Source: Eledone cirrhosa (taxonomy: Eukaryota). From it: 64,000 bases of DNA. Location: contig OZ024740.1 of the NCBI GenBank assembly GCA_964016885.1, positions 225,432,001-225,496,000 on the forward strand, in the 5' to 3' direction. Under the pieces are notes generated by a model, which made no database searches, had not been told where the DNA came from, and saw only the letters and a list, made by a program, of their open reading frames with translations. Below, one piece after another: positions 27,742 to 41,130 of this stretch. The translations under genes were made by a program, and so were the position numbers. Numbering within the stretch: position 1 is the stretch's first letter; each line of letters begins with the position of its first letter.

Positions 27742-28957
27742 AGTGTGAAACAATATTGTCTCAGATTAAAAATTCTTGTAATGCTTTTATTATTTATACT
27801 ATTATTAATATCAGATTAAGGGTTTCTACCTTAACATTGAAAGTGTTAACCTGATGTCTTGTTGAGTACGTATGACTTTTACATTGTTTAAATACATTTA
27901 ATTTTGGTTTTCGTATTTTCTAAATCTTATATCTTATATATTTGATACCTTTATTGTATTCAAGCTTGTAAACCGTTTAATTACTTTGAAAGGTTATTTA
28001 CAATTCATGAGGATATGATTATACATTTATAGTATAAAAGTCTCCTTAGATCCAAGTTGATAAATTTTTTTGTATACTTAAATTCATGTAAAATTGTAAA
28101 TACAGTAAAATCGAGTTGAATTAAATTTACAACACTCTCAGCAGAAATTATACTACATATAAGTGAATAATATCGTCTTAAACCTTAAAATTTATAGTCT
28201 ATATATAAATTATATAAATGTGTATATCTAGATAAATCTGGTTTAATAATATCTTATTAGATACATTTATAATGCTTTATGACTTATTAATAACATTTTA
28301 ATTTCAAGGTTTTTTTACTAATATATTGATTATATTCTTGATTTTAATATACTTTTAAATATACTTGTGAAAACTTTTGGAGTTATGATGGACATAAATT
28401 TATCTCTTTCACTACATTTTAAATCCTTTAAAATTTTATATTCTAAAATCTTAGGTCATTTGATTAATTGACTATTTTCAATTAACTTAGGATTTGAAAA
28501 TAAAAGGTCACGCAATATTCTTTCCCCCTATCTAATTATACGCTATTTACATGTTACAATACATATCTCCCTCCCTTTGATTACACGATTTAGCTTATTT
28601 TCCTCTCTCTATCAGTTGATCATTTCTCCCTTCTCTTGTTCCTACGATCAAATCTCCTTTTTTTTTTCTTTATTTCCTCATGATTTGCTATCTCGATCTA
28701 CCACTTCCACTATCAACAATAATGAGGTAGGAATATATTATTATTATTTAAATTTTTAACAGTCATAGAAGTTTATGTATTATATATTATTAATTATTTA
28801 TATACCATTTTACACATTCTCATACGCACCCTCTGTATTATATGTAATTTTTCATGTTTCAACTTAAGGTATATAAATATCGAGTTTTGTCATAACTAAT
28901 CACTGCCATGACTGAATTATAACCATCAACATAGTCAAGGTATGTCAAGCATCAACT

Positions 28958-29023
28958 TATTTTATCTGATGAGGACGTACTGTTGAAATAGCTCAGTATC
29001 TCTGAAATATGTATAATAATATA
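28958..29023 (+). ncRNA. Type I hammerhead ribozyme motif, core intact
   Basis: TATTTTAT-CTGATGA-GGACGTACTG..CAGTATCTCT-GAAA-TATGTAT-A-ATAATATA. Confidence 0.8.
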
Positions 29024-29529
29024 TATTTGATCACATGAATGTCTATATTTATTAATATTTTGAAGTAATATATATATATATATATATATGGATACTCCCT
29101 TCGTGATGGTTACTCTGCAGGTTTTCATATTGTTGAGTATCTTCAGAGTAGATGTGTAGGAAATAATTGTGGTTTGGGAATCGTAAGTAAGAAATAATTG
29201 TGATTGGGGATTGTAGTAATGAGCATCATCATCAACATCATCATCACTGTTTAACATCCAGTTTTCTGTGCTCTCATGGGCTAAACAAGTTGTCCCAATG
29301 TAAGACAAGTCAGAACATACAGAACTGTTTCTGGCTTGGTATTATGGCTGGATTCCCTTCCTAATGCCAACCATACTTTCAGTGTAGACTGGCTGATTTT
29401 TGTTGTGGCACCAAAACGACCACTTTACAATGTGGACTGGTGCTTTTTGTCATGATTGGGTGCCTTTATGGTCAGAGATGTGACAAGGGAAGGGACAAAT
29501 TAGCTTAGGCAATTAACAAGAGATAAAGG

Positions 29530-30030
29530 TTCTTCTTCTTTTTTTTCTTCTTCTTCTTCTTCTTCTTCTTCTTCTTCTTCTTCTTCTTCTTCTTCTTCTT
29601 CTTCTTCTTCTTCTTCTCCTCCTCCTCCTCCTCCTCCTCCTCCTCCTCATCATCATCATCATCATCATCATCTTCCTCCCCTCTTACTCCCTTTCCTCCT
29701 CCTCCCCTCTTCCTCTTCTCCCTCTCTTCCTCCTCCACTTCCTCCTCCACCCACTTGTTCCTGAGAGGGTCATGGGGTTAGGGTCCTCAAAAAATCCTTC
29801 CAGAGGTTCCTGTCAGAAGCAACCATCTCCAACTAATCTGGCTGATCCCCCAAATGAGACCAGCCAAGTTCATGGATGATATTGCACCATCTTGCTTGGT
29901 GTCTACCCATAGGTTTCCTGCCAGTTGCTTTTGCTCACGAAATCTAACCCACAATTCTTTCCTGAGATTTTCTAACCACATGCTCATAGTATCGGAGCTG
30001 TGGTCTTTCAATTTGGAAAAGTAGCAGCTG
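29530..30030 (-). mobile_element. Decayed RTE-like LINE 3' end followed by (GAG)/(GAT)/(GAA) repeats
   Basis: QLRYYEHVVR..GRKPMGR..RW across frames; trinucleotide runs at 29530-29750. Confidence 0.5.
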
Positions 30031-30507
30031 TACTTGGAGTAGCTCTTTGATATCCGAGCTATGCACTCTATACTCTATTTCGAGCAATGTTACTCCAACT
30101 GCTTTCAAGTAGTTAATGATAATGATATTGGGATAAATGTATTCAATGAATGTTGAGAAAAAAATCAATTAGGAATTGTTGGTTACAAAAGATTGAAATG
30201 GAGTAGATGACATTAAGGGAATATACAGAAATATTTTATCCAAAGTAACATTTAGTTCAAAAAGCTAATTAATGGGAAGAATAGATAGGGGTAGATATGA
30301 CATTTTAGAAAATGTTTTAGAAATTAGTGTTGCTTGGAAAGACAGCAAAGGTAGGTTAAAGATAAGAGAAACATTAGGTATGGCTTTTGTTGTTGTTTAA
30401 TCTCTGGTTAGTCTCAATCAAAGGCATTCCAGATTTGATGATTCTGTTTTGTTTCTGAACATATTATATGTAGAAATATATTATCATGTGTGTCTTTTTA
30501 TATACAT

Positions 30508-30734
30508 TTAACCCTTTAATGTTCAAACCAGCCCAAACCGGCCAGAATTTTCTACCTCTTTCTGTTGAAACTGGCTGTAATGGGTCACTCAAACTGATGT
30601 TAAGGTATTGTTCTCAAAATAAATACTTTCAAAATATCATAGATTCGATATTATGTGAGATATTATGTGAGGTAAAGCCTTTACCATGAAAATATAATAG
30701 TATATATAAAGTAATGTAAATGCTAAAGGGTTAA
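30508..30734. mobile_element. piggyBac-type MITE
   Basis: TTAA-CCCTTTA...TAAAGGG-TTAA; second copy at 52174-52390. Confidence 0.8.
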
Positions 30735-31664
30735 GAGAGATTTGGCTGATATATCTGGCAGGATGAGTGATTATATAAAGACTCTCTCATTGGCATTTGT
30801 GTTAGTACAAAGTGGTGAGTGGGATCAATATTGGATTGGAATCTACAGATATTGACATAGAGAAACGGTTCCTAAATTTATTTTGGTTAAACATTGGATC
30901 TCACACCTATATTTTACAGATAATCTCCACCACCCTTGAAACAAACATTAGTTTAGAAAGAAAATGTATTCATATATAAAAAAAGAATTATTAAATTTTA
31001 TGAAAAGACACCCTGTCACATGGAAACTTATTTGGAAAATATTGCTATACTAGCCAGCATTTTGTTGTCTAACTTTACTACAAGTCTTTATTAATTGTTA
31101 CAGAGTATACTGGAGAACTTAAAGAGAAAAACAAACTATCAAGCATGCAGAGTAGAAAATCAAAGTCTCTTGTTCTCATAGGAGAGGGACAACTAGTATG
31201 AATTGGAGGAAGAAAGGATACAGGTTTTATGTATAAGAGAAGCCTCTAGAATCATTATCTTCAGCAGGAATATTTTCAACCAGTCTCCACTGAAAATCAC
31301 TGGCTTTATCAAGCAAGGGTTGAAAACATAACAAAGGCTTTTTTAATCTTCCTAAAGTGTGCTTTATTTGAGGGCATTCAATGTACTGACCCTTGTTAAT
31401 CGTTTCATTATGCCATTTCTAACAATAGTGTTGCCCACCACTTTCAAATAATCAAATATTTGGCAGGATTTAGTAATATAACTAACTTTCCCATTGTTAA
31501 GCTGGTGTTTGGAACATAGCAAAGGTTCATAAATAAATTATGGTGAAAGGGTTTTAGATAAATATGAATGGTTCAGTATGAGCAAGACATGATCATCTAA
31601 TCTGACTTGTCTCTCGACTAGACAACCCATCTAACCCATGGCAGTGTGAAAAATAGATGTTAAA

Positions 31665-31845
31665 TAATTGTTTCTACTTTTGGCACAAGGCCAGCAATTA
31701 CCCAGTGTATTACTGGTACTTTATTTTATCGACCCCGTAAGGATGAAAGGCAAAGTTAACCTCGGCGGGGTTTGAACTCAGATCATAAAGGGACGTAACT
31801 CTATGCTTCAAAGCATGGTGTCCGACTCTCTACCGATACTGCCAA
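31665..31845 (-). mobile_element. SINE family A, full length
   Basis: A box TGGCAGTATCGG, B box GAGTTCAAACCC; same core and tail as 4817-5000. Confidence 0.85.
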
Positions 31846-32599
31846 ATGATGATGATAAACACTTTAAAATAAACAGTTTTGTATCATAGAACCAGGGGCA
31901 ATTTCAGGTGGTTAAAAATCCCCAAGAGACATGTAATGGGCTTACACCAGACTAGGCTATATAGTGACAGACTCGAGAAGTTGTCTTATAAGATTTACTG
32001 TCTTTTCTGCCTTAGGCTGATCAATTTTCTATTGATGCGACCAAGCTTCTAAACCTAGTAGCATTCCTTACTTGTTGAAGCCATTTCTCTGTTGCCACAC
32101 ACCTGAGTATATATATAATAAAATAAGAGAACTAAAAACAAATTAAGCCAGAACAAAAATAAAACAAACAACACAATAATAAAACAACAAAAACAAACAC
32201 AAAAATGATAAACAAAGCCAAAACTAATACAACTCACACATCTGAAAGTAGAGAAAAATAAAAGCAAATGAAATCATTTTGTTTGGGAATCCAATCAAAT
32301 TATAATCGATGACTAAAGCTAACACCTAATGACCTATCTCAGGTTAGTTTTCTTTCGCTCGCCTACTTTGTTGCGGAGTCTTTCAAAGTTCCCTCCTCTA
32401 TATTTCCTTCCTAATCTAATCTAGTCACATACCAGCCTTCACCATATTTTTGTTGACTGCAATTAATTTCATTTCCTATCACTCACTGTGATTTGTTTGG
32501 TATACCTCGCAATGTGTCTTATTTATCTTTCTTTCTTGCTCTCTTTCCTTCTTTCTTTTACTCTCTCTTTCTCTTCTACTCACTCGCTATCTCTTTCAC

Positions 32600-32945
<346 letters not shown>

Positions 32946-34121
32946 TCCTTTATAAATAAGTAGATATTTACAGATAGTGAATAGATAGAGAAGTAGATAG
33001 ACTTATAGATGACTTGCTAGTTAGAGACATATAGATCTTTGTCTTTGAACCATTTCATTATATTTACTTGGGAAATAATAATGTTATAGAAGCTGGTGGT
33101 GAGGCAGATGTGGCTAAGTGCTGGTTTAAATGAATTACAGTATTTAATTTCTGCCATCTACATTTTGAGTTCCATTCCTGCTACTGTTGACTTAGGGGCA
33201 GGCTCTATTTTATTCTATTATTTAAACAGATAAGGAACGCTAGTGCCCTTAACCCTTTTCAGAGCTTTCAAGAGTTGTTTGAGGTAGGGATAAAGGCATT
33301 ATCAAACTGTTGGCCTGATTGAAATGATTGCAACAGAGTGGACTCTGTTAAAGGCAACCAATAATCAGGGGATGGTGTTAAACCAAGGAATGTATTAAAT
33401 CTACCAACTAAGTAAGCTATGGCAGAAATTTAAGCTCAAAATACAAATAACCTGAAAACCTACCACAAAGTATCACATCTTTTACACTAACAGTTTCACC
33501 ACTTCACCATCTTCGGACTTGTACATTAATTTATCGACACTGAGAAAATGAACAGCAAAGTTGATCTTTATGGGATTTGAACTCAGGGTGTTGAGCCTGA
33601 ACAAAAACCACAAATAGAAAGACAAAAATGGAAGAGCATCTAATAAAAAAGGTTTCTAGCATTTAGTTATGGCCCAGTACCTTTTAATTTTAAAACCTGT
33701 CAAAAGCAGCTTGCCTTTCATATTTCTGGAGTCGATAAAAGAAAGTACCAGTCAAGTTCTTTGGTTGATTTATATTCATATAATGCATCCTAGATTTGGA
33801 TGGAATTATAATAGACAGCTAGGATGTTACATTCCATAACTTCATGGTTGATATAATACAGACCAATCATACACTGGAGCCAGTTATATTGACTACAAGT
33901 TTTCCATACAAAGATGAGAACATCAGCTAATGTATGAAATCAATTATGCTATTCAGCATTTAGATCCTCACCTCAGACTTATTCAATATTCCTCAAACAG
34001 ATTAGCTTTATTGCCCCTACAATGATTACTACCAATGATATTAGCCAAGGAAAACTCTACATTGTCTCTCTACCTGCTAGAAATAACAGCAATATCTCTC
34101 TTTAACCACATCCTAACATCT

Positions 34122-34375
34122 ATCATCATCATCATCATCATCATCATCCTTTAATGTCCATTTCTCCCGCTAACATGGGTTAGACAGGTTGTCCCATTTG
34201 AAGCAAGTCAGGTCAGGTGATCATGTCTTGCTCATAAAGAACTGTTTCTGGCTTGGTTTCTATGGCTGGATGCCCTTCCTAACACCAACCACATTTATAC
34301 TGTGGACTGGGTGCTTTTTACTGTGACACCTACATGACCACTTTACCATGTGAACTGGGTGCCTTTTTATGTGGT
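34122..34375 (-). mobile_element. RTE 3' UTR / SINE B tail fragment
   Basis: GGTTGGTGTTAGGAAGGGCATCCAGCC motif plus (GAT)n; similar fragments at ~29225-29450, 35985-36150, 36600-36820, 54925-55012. Confidence 0.7.
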
Positions 34376-35776
34376 ATTTATATAATAACAAAAACATTTG
34401 ATAATGTAGTCCTACATATTTCTAAAAAGAAGTAGTTTTGACAGGAATTCAATTGATCAGAGCGCTGATCAAAATTGACATGAGGTTAAAGCAGCTGCAA
34501 CAATTACTAATGTTATTTTTATCCATTACTGTCATAGCACTGCTAACAGAAGTATTATTATCATGTCTCTTCAATCTATAGGCTAAAGTTAAAGTCATTC
34601 TCAGACCTAGAGGCCCGCCAGGCTGGACCTTATCATGGTTTCAGGGGTGCTAAGTAAGAAAAAGAACAAGATGCCAATCCACTGCAGATTAACCTCTAAC
34701 TACTGTCGATACTAATTTGTGTTAGCTGAGTGGAGTGTAGCAATTGGAAATAAAGCACCTTGTTCAAAGACACAATGCATCACAACATATTACTTATATG
34801 TATCTCACAGAGGAAATGAAGAAACTTGGCAAGTGGACAGATGCTTTGCTGATAAGGAACTGTCCAACCCATGCACGTGTGGAAAATGTAAAAATGATGA
34901 TGATGATGATTTTACATATTTATTAACCAAACTAGCTACATCATATAAGTAAATTAGTGAATCTATTTTATTGAAATCCTAGTAATAATGGATTTATAAG
35001 TAATATCTCCTTGGTCAGTGAAATCCCAAAACAGGATTGAAACTAACCAGGATGCAGTGGCAGATTAATGACTCTTGGAATCTGGGATGAATGGCATGTT
35101 GCTCCTCATTAACAAGTATAATAAATAGGCCTGAGAAAAACCTGCACCCTTTCATAGCAACACCTGGGGAGAAAAACATTTAATGGTGCTTCTTAATTAA
35201 CAGGTATAATAAATAGGCCTGGGAAATTTGGTACCCTCATATACCGGCAATTGGGAGCACTGCTCTTTTTGTACCTCTATTTGCTATGCCTTTGACTAGA
35301 TGATCCCTCTTTTTCTATCTATGAATATATTATATAAATACAAGGTGTTGTTATATGTCTATACATATTGTGTTGGCTAAAAATCTATTGATATATTCTG
35401 TGGTAGAGTATAGCTTTGAAACAAAACACTGTTAATGCATCAATAATTTATTAATCCTTGATAGAATGACAATTAATCATTGTAAGCTAATGAAATACTT
35501 GTCTATTGACTACAGGCCTTCCTGTATTTCCTGCTATTTCCAGCTAAGTGGCAGTGGCAATGTTAAGTTAAACTTCTTTACACATTGTAGCTTAACTAAC
35601 ATTATAAGAATCATGGACCATTCAACCAGATTGTTGATTTGACCAACTTCAAATCTCTTTGCTTATTTCCCTTCCTTCCACCCCTCTCTCTCTATATATA
35701 TGTATATATCTTTTCCCCTTACTATTTACCTCTATATTTCTCTCTCGTCTCTCTCTCTCTCTATATATATATATAT

Positions 35777-35865
<89 letters not shown>

Positions 35866-36970
35866 ATATCTAATTACTATTGTTATATCTATCAATGTAT
35901 GTACTAGTACTCCCATATTTTCCACCAGAATCATCACTATTGCCACCACAATCATCATGATAAACAACCACTACCACTACCTACATCATCATCATCATTT
36001 TACATCGTTTTTTTTTTACATGTTGGCATGTGTTGGGCAGGGCATCACGGTCCAGGTGCCACATTGTTTCATATGTTCCATTTTTGGCTTGGTTTCTACA
36101 GCTGGATGCCCTTCCTAAAACCAATTACTTTACATAGTATATTAGGTGCATTACATAATGGTACCATGATTAATGAAACTTCACAAGTATAAAATTACTG
36201 TGCCAGTCACAAAACTTGGATTCTAATGAGTAATTTGGATAAGAAAAGTATAATTAAGAGGAGTGGGAGATGATTAAAATCTAATCATTAATGGACAGAC
36301 TCCATTTTGTGCTGGCCACCATTTATAACTCTGGGATCCTCAATTTCTTCCCTGCTGCTTTGCTCAGCCAAATCAGGATGGGTTAGGTGGAATGGCCGAT
36401 GCAGTGGGTATTGCCAACTGTTCTTCATGACAATGCTCTTGTCATCTTTCCCAGGGAGCATACCTGAGATATGCAAATCAACCAAGAATGTGTAGCTTGC
36501 TTTTTTTTTTACTTACTTTTTTTTGTTTTGTTTTGTTTTGCTTTTGCTGGTTGTATTTGAAAATATTAGAAATTTATTCATTTATAATTCCACCCCAGTC
36601 CCCAGTCCACACTGTAAAGTGGTTGTTACAATGCTACGATAAAAGGCTCCCAGCCCACACAATGAAGTGACTGAGTAAGGATCATGATAAAAAACACCCA
36701 GCACACACTGTAAATGTGGTTGGCATTGGGAAGGGCATCCAACCATAGAAACCAAGCCAGAAACAGTTCTGTATGAGAAACACAGTCACCGGACTTACTT
36801 CAAATGGGACAACCTGTTTATAATAATGAAATATTGTGTACAGTGCTCAGGTGCACTACAACTCATCAAAAAGTGTATGTAAGTACATAGGGTAATGTAC
36901 AAACGTCAGGAAAATTAACAGTGCATGAGTCATGATATACACATGTGTGCATGTGTATGGAAGGGGTACA

Positions 36971-39880
36971 TCAGGTGTAGTTTTGGCGAATTTCGGGAAG
37001 CATGAGGGTTTTAAAGGATGCAGTATCTCGGCAGCTAACAACTGACGCAGGCAGTTTGTTCCATGCTTCAGCAAATCTGAGCGTGAAAAAATGCTTCTGA
37101 AAGTCATGGGACCTGTGCTGCTTTCTGATTTTATAGGCATGTCCACGTGTGTTCGACACATGGAGATCAAAAGGGTGCTCAGGGTTGTTGTTGGCGAGAT
37201 GGTTAATAACTTTGTGGGTGTTTACCAAGTCCATTGCCAGACGTCGGAGCTTCAATGAATCCATGCCCAGGGAAGCAAGGCGTTCAGAGTATGGTAGGTG
37301 TCTGATGGAGGGTATGCGTTTGGTTGCACGTCTCTGAACAGTTTCCAGGAGGTCAATGTTCTGAGCATGATAGGGGTTCCAGACTGATGATGCGAATTCC
37401 AAGTGTGGTCGTACCATAGCTGAATACAGCTTTAAATAGATGGCTGGAGAGCAGCTAACAAAGGTCTTGCTGAGTGATGCCAAGACACCCTCAGCCTTCT
37501 TGACAATCTTAGAGACATGCTTTGTCCAACACAAATCGCTGCTGACAGTAATGCCCAGGTCACGTTCACAAGAGGACTTCTTGATATCAGTGTTGTGGAG
37601 GGAGTATGTGGACGCTGGATTTTTCCTCCCAAAATGCATGGTGGTACACTTGTCCACAGCCAGCTTCAGTTGCCAGTCTGTGAGCCATTGCTGCATTGTG
37701 TCCAGGTCTGATTGTAGGAAAGAGTTGTAGATTTCAGGATCAGTCCTTTTGATTTCAAGGTACAGCTTGATGTCATCTGCATATTTCAGTACCGTGGAAT
37801 TCTTTAAGTTGGCATCTATGTCATTAATATATGCCACAAACAAAAGGGGACCAAGAACAGATCCCTGTGGTACACCAGATGACATCTCATATGGTGAAGA
37901 ATGCTGTCCTAGAACCGTGACTACCTCTTTTCGGCTGGGAATGAAGGATTTCAACCAGTTAAAAAGATCATCCCTCACAGCCATTGCAGAGTTTTGCCAT
38001 AAGTCTTTTGTGTGGCACAGAATTAAAAGCCTTAGCGAAGTGAAGGTAAACAACATCCACCCATGAGCCACTGTCAGTGATCCAGGTGATGTCTTCAAGG
38101 AACTCGATAAGCTGATCACAGCAGCTGGAGTTAGGGATAAATCCAAACTGCGAGGGCCGGATGAGGCTGTGAGAGCTCCAGAAGTTCCAAAGTGTTTATC
38201 TGACACAGGATTCCATCAGTTTGGCAATACAGGTAGTAAGACTGACTGGACGATAGTTGACAGGTGACGTGCGGTCACCCTTTTTGAACAGGGGAATGAC
38301 ACTGGCAGTTTTCCACTGCTCCGGAGTAGCACCATTGTTGAGACAGTATTGAAAGAAGAAAGAAAGCTGGTGCAAAAGGAAGTACCCGCCACGTTTGAGA
38401 AGCAGGTATGTAACACCATCAAGACCAGGGGAGGCATAGTTGTGCTTATTCTTAAGGTGATGTCGCAATATTGAGATCCGCCAACACTACAGCTAACACA
38501 TACACACATGTACTTCCCTGACATTTGTGTATTATTCTATGTACTATACATACACCTTTGACAAGTTGTAGTGCACCTGAGCACTTTACACAATAATTTA
38601 ATTATTATTATTATTAACATTGCAGGTGTAAATTCCATAGTTCTTATGGAATTTGATGTTACAGATGGTGGAGATGGTACATTCTGGTTTTCAACAGTAA
38701 AAATGCTTGCACAGCACTCAGCAATGAGTTCTGCGCATTATTTGGGATTGTCAGTGATCTGGCTTGTGTGGGGATTGCTAAGAGGACCAACTGGAGAGTG
38801 AGGTCTCTGCTTTGAATGAACATATTTCCAGAACACCTTACTGTCAGGATTGGTTGCTATGCACTGTTCAAATTCAAGCACTGCCTTTTTTGTCACTTGC
38901 TTGAGATGGTTGGAAGATTTATTCTGCTTTTTTTCTGTTGGCATCTGATTTATGCAGTTTATATTCCCGTTCAGCGTTCCGACGTTCTTTCCTGGCAAGT
39001 CGGACCGCTGAAGTTTCCCAAATTGCACTTTTGGGGTGGGTTTTTTTCTCCTTACGTGGCACCGATGCTGCACATGCTATCCATATTGAGTCCAGGATGC
39101 TCTGGAGTATAGTATGCACATCTTCAGAGTTATAGAACTCATGCCAGTTTGGCGCTGTAGCTCAGTGCAGTACAAGTTCCAATCTGCTTTCTTCCAATCA
39201 AAGCAAGCAGATTGGCGATTGTTCTGGTTTTTGTTGCTGCCCGCAAGAGCCAGATTGGCAATGATCATAGCATGATAAGAGTCGCCTAGAGGTTCCTCAG
39301 TAGAACAACTGATAACCACTTCAGGAGTAGGGGTGAAGATCAGGGTCCAAAGTGTTGTCACCTCTTGTTGGAGAGGTGACTACTTGTGACCAGTTTGAGT
39401 CCAGCACTAGCTCAAGGAAATCGTTTGCACTTTATGGCCAACGAAAGGTTTCCCAATCGATCTCAGGATGATTGAAGTCACCTGCAATAAATACATAAGT
39501 GGCTGTTTTCCTGGTAGCAGCTCTGAGGATATCGCAAAGCTGCGTGTCCTGATGGTAGTTTGGGGGGCGATAAACAACACCAAGCAGAAGTGTTGACATG
39601 GTCACAAAAAAAAACTTCTTCTTGTGATTCGTTCAAATCAACGCAAGGAATTACCGAAAAGTTTGAACGAACATAGACCATCACACCACCACCACGGTGA
39701 TTAATGCGGTCCTTGTGGAAAAGGTTGTACCCAGTAATGCTGAAAATCTCATCACAGAGTAAGGAATGTGCCCAGGTTTCCGTGACTGTGATGAAGTCAG
39801 GGTCGCTGCTTCTGACGTAGGAGTTAAACAGATGTATCTTGTTGCATAAACTGCGAGCATTTAAGGACAACAATTTGTAC
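36971..39880 (-). pseudogene. CR1-group ORF2 (APE plus RT), frameshifted
   Basis: LSLNARSL, VTETW, RGGGV; SPGLDG, NYRPVSLT, QFGF, SGVPQGSVLGPLLF, KYADD, ERDLG, VRPHLEFASSVWNP. Confidence 0.92.
38471..38616 (+). mobile_element. Short 3' end of a related CR1 family inserted antisense in ORF2
   Basis: Shares GTTGTAGTGCACCTGAGCACT..ACACAATA plus (ATT)n with the host element's own 3' end (36821-36990, minus). Confidence 0.8.
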
Positions 39881-39929
39881 CCTGCTTGCAGTTAATGATG
39901 GTGTGTAGAGGATGACAGGTTGTTCTGGT

Positions 39930-40572
39930 TTAGTTTCCCAGAGTTGTTGCAGTTTTTTCATTGCCAGTTATTGTGGTTAGAGCATACTCAGACCAGCTGG
40001 TATCTCTCTTCCACATTTCACCAGCCTTAACAATCTGCCCATCATCACGCAGACTAAAACTTTCATGTTGTGCTGAGTTCCAATTCAAGGAAGCTGCAGC
40101 ATGTAGCTTTGGACGTACATGGGGTGGTAGGCCTGGGCGTGTTCGGAAGGTAATCCGATTTTCACGCCCAGCTTTAACAGAGGCCAGATGATATGAAATT
40201 GCCTCAGCGGGGTCCGAAAAAGACAGCCTGATGAGTCTGGGTTTTGGACCAGGTCGACCAAGGCCAAGAGCACCCTTTGGGGGAACACAGCTTAGGTCTT
40301 TAGCTGAACTGGCAGCAAACACCTGAAGATCAGCCTTGTCCTCTGGTACCCCAATGGCAATTACTTCATCGGTAGCAGATTCCGCAGTCTTCTCAGTGTG
40401 CCCAGATATGGCAAGAGGTACAGGGATATTCTTTAGCAAGGCATTCCGATAAGACCCGTCATTGTGGGGTCCTATCCGAATGCTTGCTTTTATTCCTGTT
40501 ACTTTCCTTCTTAAAGCAGAAATCATTAGTTGCAATTATGCAAAATCTGTACTGGTCGGTTGTTGTTGTTGT

Positions 40573-40610
<38 letters not shown>

Positions 40611-41130
40611 TTGATGTTGATGATGTTCCTCCACGGGAATGGTAGGGGAAGACACAGTCGCAGGTTGTTGGTGTCGAGATGTACTGGGAGCAGAAGACAT
40701 GGGTTGTTGTTGTTTCTGATGTTCTTCCACAGGAATAGCAGCAGAAGCCAGTGTCATAGGTTTTTACCGTTGTTCAGTAACAATGGTAGAAGAAGATACA
40801 GTCATCGTTTTTTTTGTTGTTGTTGTTTTTCAATAACATTGGTGGAGGCGGGCACACAGGCCAGGCACTGAAAGGACCAAGATTTTAGCTGGACCATCTC
40901 CCAGAGTCCATCCATCATAGCAATATGATGTCTCTTTTTTTGGCCTGGGATCCTCCGGAAGCCTGTAACGCATTGAAGGCAGACAGAGATGCGACAGGTT
41001 CCACATTTGAGCCAGCGATTACGGAACGAGTTTTCGGGTTCTGTACAAATATGGCAGGTGTGATTTTCTGGGCAATGTTCTATTTTGGAACATCGACCAG
41101 ATTTGTCGCATACTTCATCCATGGATATCA
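39930..41130 (-). pseudogene. CR1-group ORF1 with PHD-like finger and polyQ/tandem repeats
   Basis: CHIC..WLKCGTC..VCLQC..FQCLAC; repeated PVEEH..QQQ units; LGRPGPKPRLIRLSF. Confidence 0.7.

Larger units (their letters stand above)
26548..29063 (+). mobile_element. 5'-truncated Penelope-like element (GIY-YIG end plus AT-rich 3' region/pLTR)
   Basis: IIWYAPP..KLSYS, CNCRNRSNCPLQNNCL, NLVYKCTV..YIGAT..FKLR; both ends in (TA)n; hammerhead near the 3' end; SINE inserted; continuity of the 3' region is inferred. Confidence 0.75.

Noticed and set aside
29110-29152. CTGAAGA..GAAA on the minus strand
   Set aside because: No proper stem II or NUH triplet; better explained as a simple hairpin
32340-32392. 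Possible variant hammerhead on minus (TTGAAAGA-CTC..GAGC-GAAA-G..CTA)
   Set aside because: Core is misregistered and no convincing stem I forms
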